This document shows, piece after piece, positions 27,616-32,000 of a stretch of 32,000 nucleotides of DNA (its first letter is position 1; the number at the start of each line of letters is the position of its first letter). The notes below the pieces were generated by a model, which was not told the origin of the DNA, did not search any database, and worked only from the letters and a program-made list of their open reading frames with translations. Both the position numbers and the translations under genes were made by a program. This DNA is from Mycolicibacterium smegmatis (GTDB taxonomy: Bacteria; Actinomycetota; Actinomycetes; Mycobacteriales; Mycobacteriaceae): positions 1,590,001-1,622,000 of the forward strand of contig NZ_LN831039.1 in NCBI RefSeq assembly GCF_001457595.1. Reading direction: 5' to 3'.

Positions 27616-28137
27616 ATGGACGAAACCCGGGAAGAGACTGTGGCCGTGTACGACGCCGACGGCGATGTGGTTGGCGCAGCGCCACGTTCGCGTGTGTACG
27701 CCGAAGGGCTGTGGCACGCGAGCGCCGGTGTGCTGGTGCGTTCGACCGACGGCAACCGGATCTACGTGCACCGTCGCTCGGACACCAAGGCCGTGTTTGC
27801 CGGCATGCACGACTGCCTGGCCGGGGGAGTGCTCGACCCGGGGGAGGCACCGCTGCAGGCCGCCACGCGAGAACTGCACGAAGAACTGGGCATCACCGGG
27901 CTGATCCCGACGCCGCTGGCGTCGGCGTCGTGGGACGGTGAATGGGCGGGACGCCCCATGCGGTGTCACCTGTTCGCGTTCGGTGTCAGCTACGACGGGC
28001 CGATCCGGCACCAGGCTGAGGAGATCGTCGACGGGTGGTGGTGGACCGACGGCGAGCTCGCGCAGCGGCTCGCCGACCCGGATTGGCTGTTCGTTCCCGA
28101 CACGCGCGTGCTGATCCCGAAACTGTTACGGCGCTGA
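27616..28137 (+). CDS. NUDIX hydrolase
   Basis: AGGAGG RBS before ATG 27616; Nudix box GGVLDPGEAPLQAATRELHEELGI. Confidence 0.92.
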   Translation: MDETREETVAVYDADGDVVGAAPRSRVYAEGLWHASAGVLVRSTDGNRIYVHRRSDTKAVFAGMHDCLAGGVLDPGEAPLQAATRELHEELGITGLIPTPLASASWDGEWAGRPMRCHLFAFGVSYDGPIRHQAEEIVDGWWWTDGELAQRLADPDWLFVPDTRVLIPKLLRR

Positions 28138-28155
28138 GCATCTCGCCCTTCGAAG

Positions 28156-28557
28156 CTAGCCGCGCACCTTCGCGAGCTGTTCGGTGAGCTCACGCGCATA
28201 CGCGAGGTGACGCGTGAGACGGTCACAGGCTTCCTGCGCGCGGGTATGGCAGTCGGAGACCACCTCGGCGGCCGTGGCACGTTCGGTCGCGGTGGCGGCC
28301 GGTTTGTCGAGGACGGCAAGGGCGTCGAGCAACCGGCCCATCTCGTCGAGTGTGAAACCCAGCGGTTTCATGCGCCGGATCGCCATGAGGCGCCGGACGT
28401 CGTCGGTGGTGTACAGGCGGAAGCCGCCGGCCGAACGCGCCGAGGGCACCACCAGACCCACCTCGTCGTAGTGACGGATCGTCTTGACGGACAGCTCGGT
28501 TCGCGCGGCGACCTCGCCGATCTGCAGGAGATCCTGATCGGTGCCGGGGACGGTCAT
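28156..28557 (-). CDS. MerR-family transcriptional regulator
   Basis: LLQIGEVAARTELSVKTIRHYDEVGLVVPSARSAGGFRLYTTDDVRRLMAIRRMKPLGFTLDEMGRLLDAL. Confidence 0.93.
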   Translation of the reverse strand: MTVPGTDQDLLQIGEVAARTELSVKTIRHYDEVGLVVPSARSAGGFRLYTTDDVRRLMAIRRMKPLGFTLDEMGRLLDALAVLDKPAATATERATAAEVVSDCHTRAQEACDRLTRHLAYARELTEQLAKVRG

Positions 28558-30056
28558 CAGTGTGCGCCGGTGAGCTGACCGCTGAGCCGGGCATGGCGCT
28601 GCGCGCTGTTGTCGTTCATGCCGATGATGCGCACCGTCTTGCCTTTCGCGGCGTACTTGGTGGTGATGGCGTCGAGTGTCGCCACGGTCGAGGCGTCCCA
28701 GATGTGTGCCTGGCTCATGTCGATGACGATGTTGTCCGGATCGCCGACGTAGTCGAACTGGTAGACCAGATCATTGCTCGACGCGAAGAACAACTCGCCG
28801 CGCACGGCGTACACACGGGTGTCGGGGTCTGGCTGACCCACAGTCGTCACCTCGGTCAGGTGGGCGACCCGGCGCGCGAACAGCACCATGGCCGTCAGGG
28901 TGCCCACGGCCACGCCGTAGGCGAGGTTGCCGGTAGCGACGGTGACCGCGACGGTCGCGAGCATGACGGTGGTCTCGCTCTTGGGCATGCGCCGCAACGT
29001 CTTCGGATTGATGCTGTGCCAGTCGAAGGTGCCCACCGACACCATCACCATCACGGCCACCAGTGCCGCCATGGGAATCCGGCCGACGATGTCGCCCAGG
29101 CCCACCACGAGGCCGAGCAGAAACGTGCCCGCCAAGAACGTCGAGATGCGGGTGCGCGCCCCACATGCCTTGACGTTGATCATGGTCTGGCCGATCATCG
29201 CGCAGCCGCCCATGCCGCCGAAGAATCCGGTGACGATGTTCGCCGCGCCCTGACCGAGCGCCTCACGCGACTTGTTCGAGTGGGTGTCGGTGATGTCGTC
29301 GACGAGCTTGGCGGTCATCAGCGATTCCAGCAGGCCGACGACGGCCATCGTCAGCGCGTACGGCGCGATGATCTTGAGGGTGTCCAGGTTGAGCGGGACG
29401 TTCGGGATCAGCAGCGACGGCAGGCTCGACGGCAGCTTGCCCTCATCGGCGACGTCGGGAACCGACCAGCCGAATCCGATGGTGGCGGCGGTGAGCAGGA
29501 CGATCGCGACCAGCGGGCCCGGCACGGCTGCGGTGAGTTTGGGCAGCGCCACGATGATCACCAGGGCCACCGCGACCATCGGGTACACCAGCCACGGCAC
29601 TCCCAACAGATGCGGGATCTGCGCCAGGAAGATGAGGATCGCCAGTGCGTTGACGAACCCGACCATGACGCTGCGTGGGACGAACCGCATGAGGCGTGCG
29701 ACGCCGAGTCCGCCGAGCACGAGTTGCAGCACACCGGCCAGGATGACCGTCGCGATGAGGTAATCGAGTCCGTGGCTGCGCACCAGCGGGGCCACCACGA
29801 GGGCCACGGCGCCTGTCGCCGCGGAGATCATGGCGGGCCGCCCACCGACGATCGCGATGGTGACCGCCATGGTGAACGACGCGAACAGACCCACCCGTGG
29901 ATCGACACCCGCGATGATCGAGAACGAGATCGCTTCGGGGATCAGAGCCAAGGCCACCACCAGGCCGGCCAGCACCTCGGTGCGGAGCCGGCGCGGCGAG
30001 CGCAGCGCGGCCCATACCGACTGTTCTTCGCGCGGCGTGATCGTTGCAGAGGTCAC
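28557..30056 (-). CDS. SulP-family anion (sulfate/bicarbonate-type) transporter with C-terminal STAS domain
   Basis: From GTG 30056: VTSATITPREEQSVWAALRSPRRLRTEVLAGLVVALALIPEAISFSIIAGVDPRVGLFASFTMAVTIAIVGGRPAMISAATGA...; C-terminal VIDMSQAHIWDASTVATLDAITTKYAAKGKTVRIIGM. Confidence 0.93.
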   Translation of the reverse strand: MTSATITPREEQSVWAALRSPRRLRTEVLAGLVVALALIPEAISFSIIAGVDPRVGLFASFTMAVTIAIVGGRPAMISAATGAVALVVAPLVRSHGLDYLIATVILAGVLQLVLGGLGVARLMRFVPRSVMVGFVNALAILIFLAQIPHLLGVPWLVYPMVAVALVIIVALPKLTAAVPGPLVAIVLLTAATIGFGWSVPDVADEGKLPSSLPSLLIPNVPLNLDTLKIIAPYALTMAVVGLLESLMTAKLVDDITDTHSNKSREALGQGAANIVTGFFGGMGGCAMIGQTMINVKACGARTRISTFLAGTFLLGLVVGLGDIVGRIPMAALVAVMVMVSVGTFDWHSINPKTLRRMPKSETTVMLATVAVTVATGNLAYGVAVGTLTAMVLFARRVAHLTEVTTVGQPDPDTRVYAVRGELFFASSNDLVYQFDYVGDPDNIVIDMSQAHIWDASTVATLDAITTKYAAKGKTVRIIGMNDNSAQRHARLSGQLTGAH

Positions 30057-30225
30057 CAAAACTCCGTTCGTACGAAAGGTATTGCCGCAACGAAGAATTG
30101 GCCGTATCAATGAGCGACGATGCTCGCCGGCACCGTGCGTTCGGCAGCGCATCGAACTCTACCCCTGGGGGAGGGTTGCGCGCCAAATTGTCGGGTACCG
30201 GTGTGCCCGAGCACACAGCGCGCCG

Positions 30226-30283
30226 CGATTTCTGCACCAGGGTCGTGGATCATCGGGTGAGCACAACCCTGGTGCAGAAATCG
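30226..30283. terminator. Long inverted repeat (perfect 18-bp arms) just past the fasciclin-like gene stop; terminator-like
   Basis: CGATTTCTGCACCAGGGT (30226-30243) / ACCCTGGTGCAGAAATCG (30266-30283), 22-nt spacer. Confidence 0.7.
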
Positions 30284-30293
30284 GCGGTTGGCG

Positions 30294-30896
30294 CTATGCC
30301 GGGGGCATCAGGACCGTGTCGACGAGATACACCGTGACGTTGGCCGTGCGCACACCACCGCACACCACGCATGCGTCGTTGACCTTGAGATCCTCACCCG
30401 ATCCGGTCACCTGCACCGTGGCGCCCGCGACGGTCTGGTTGGTCACCGATCACGTCAGTTGGTGCGGCCTGGACCGGAACCACGTGGTAGGTAAGGATTT
30501 TCGTCAACGTGGCGGAGTCGGTCTTGAGCGACTCGATGGTGGCCGGGTCGATCTTGGCAAACGCGTCGTCGGTGGGCGCGAACACCGTGAACTCACCGCT
30601 GTCGAGCGTCTCGACGAGGTTCACCTGCGGATTCAGCTTGCCTGACAACGCCGAGGTCAATGTGGTGAGAAGCGGGTTGTTTGCGGCCGCCACCGTGACC
30701 GGGTCCTGAGCCATGCCTGCATCCGATCCCGGGCCCGTGGGCACCTGCTCGGCATATCCCGCGCAGCCCGTCCGACCAGGTCAGCGGCGACAGGAACACT
30801 GTTGGACATCGGCGTCGCGGCACTCGAACATGTGGACGGCCCGAGCACCGCCGCCGCCAGGCCTGCCACGACCGTGTACTGATTGCGCGTGACCAC
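30294..30896 (-). pseudogene. Fasciclin-domain (MPT70/MPT83-like) secreted protein, apparently interrupted by two frameshifts
   Basis: Pieces in different minus frames join into one protein: [42 protein letters not shown] | [108 protein letters not shown] | [49 protein letters not shown]. Confidence 0.78.
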
Positions 30897-31146
30897 TGCC
30901 TTGTGTCGCCGACGGCGGTCGCCGTGCTCTATCGGGCATTCGGAGTGGACGCTGTGCTGGATGGGTCGGATCGGAAAGTTCTTCGCAAACAGGTGACCGG
31001 TGTGTGTCGACCGCCGCTGGCCACCCCGCCGATGCGCGCGACATGGGCTTTCACTGTCGTCAGTTTCCCCGCAGCAACGCCCTCGCCGGTGTAGTCTCCG
31101 GGCGGATCTCCTTTGCGGAGACGGCACTTCGACGAGGATGAGGGCG

Positions 31147-32000
31147 ATGGCTGCGGAGTTCAACGGCAAGATCGAACTGGACATCAGGGATTCTGAGCCG
31201 GACTGGGGTCCGTTCGCGGCGCCGACCGCCGCCGAGGGTGCGCCGAACGTGCTGTATGTCGTGTGGGACGACATCGGCATCGCCACCTGGGACTGCTTCG
31301 GCGGTCTGGTCGAGATGCCTGCGATGAGCCGCATCGCCGAACACGGCGTGCGTCTGTCGCAGTTCCACACCACCGCGCTGTGCTCTCCGACGCGGGCCGC
31401 CCTGCTCACCGGCCGCAACCCCACCACGGTCGGCATGGCGACCATCGAGGAGTTCACCGACGGGTTCCCGAACTGCAGCGGACGTATCCCGTTCGAGACC
31501 GCACTGCTTCCCGAGGTGCTCGCCGAGAACGGCTACAACACCTACTGCATCGGCAAGTGGCACCTGACGCCTCTGGAGGAGTCCAATCTCGCGTCCACCA
31601 AACGCCACTGGCCGTGCTCGCGTGGCTTCGAACGGTTCTACGGATTCATGGGTGGCGAGACGGATCAGTGGTACCCCGACCTGACCTACGACAACCACCC
31701 CGTCGACCCGCCCGCGACGCCCGAAGAGGGCTACCACCTGTCAAAAGATCTGGCGGACAAGACCATCGAGTTCATCCGCGACGCAAAGGTGGTGGCGTCC
31801 GACAAGCCGTGGTTCACCTACCTGTGCCCGGGTGCGGGACACGCGCCGCACCACGTGTTCAAGGAATGGGCCGACCGCTACAAGGGCCGCTTCGACATGG
31901 GCTACGAGCGCTACCGCGAGATCGTCCTGGAGAACCAGAAGCGGATGGGACTGGTGCCGCCCGACACCGAACTGTCGCCGGTGAACCCCTACTCCGAGGT
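31147..32000 (+). CDS. Arylsulfatase (sulfatase family), 3' end beyond the window (alternative ATG 31138)
   Basis: PNVLYVVWDDIGIATWDCFGG, LSQFHTTALCSPTRAALLTGRNPTTVG (C-x-P-x-R formylglycine motif), YCIGKWHLTP; open to the window end. Confidence 0.95.
   Translation, partial: MAAEFNGKIELDIRDSEPDWGPFAAPTAAEGAPNVLYVVWDDIGIATWDCFGGLVEMPAMSRIAEHGVRLSQFHTTALCSPTRAALLTGRNPTTVGMATIEEFTDGFPNCSGRIPFETALLPEVLAENGYNTYCIGKWHLTPLEESNLASTKRHWPCSRGFERFYGFMGGETDQWYPDLTYDNHPVDPPATPEEGYHLSKDLADKTIEFIRDAKVVASDKPWFTYLCPGAGHAPHHVFKEWADRYKGRFDMGYERYREIVLENQKRMGLVPPDTELSPVNPYSE

Noticed and set aside
28560-30113. 517-aa plus-strand ORF opposite SulP
   Set aside because: His/Asp/Gly-rich shadow ORF; SulP and STAS motifs are on the minus strand.

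Overview
High-GC actinobacterial, mycobacterial-type chromosome; gene content and order resemble Mycolicibacterium smegmatis, although I ran no search. From left to right the window holds five blocks. (1) A rocE-like permease (partial), rocD, a Rv2323c-like amidinotransferase-family hydrolase and an AsnC/Lrp regulator form an arginine/ornithine module, followed by a ferredoxin reductase. (2) A translationally coupled ECF sigma factor and triple-VOC-domain protein, with a divergent PhyH-like dioxygenase. (3) A complete mycofactocin RiPP redox-cofactor locus, mftR (-) and mftA-B-C-D-E-F-G (+). Its 31-aa precursor gene mftA (7883..7978, C-terminus IDGMCGVY) is too short for the supplied ORF track. 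This locus is the most notable system in the window, but it is an already described family. (4) A divergent MFS/TetR pair with a strong operator-like palindrome, two tandem paralogous P450 genes sharing a 40-bp promoter/operator element, an esterase, a SnoaL-like protein and a DUF4442-like protein. (5) The S10 ribosomal protein operon (rpsJ to rpsQ) with a long leader and a terminal hairpin, then NUDIX, SulP + MerR, a fasciclin/MPT70-like gene apparently broken by two frameshifts, and the start of an arylsulfatase. No tRNA, rRNA, CRISPR, phage or IS element was recognised. Two near-perfect 17-18 bp-arm intergenic hairpins that share CGATTT...AAATCG termini, a hairpin plus leaderless-type internal promoter before mftE, and the P450 operator pair are the least explained signals.
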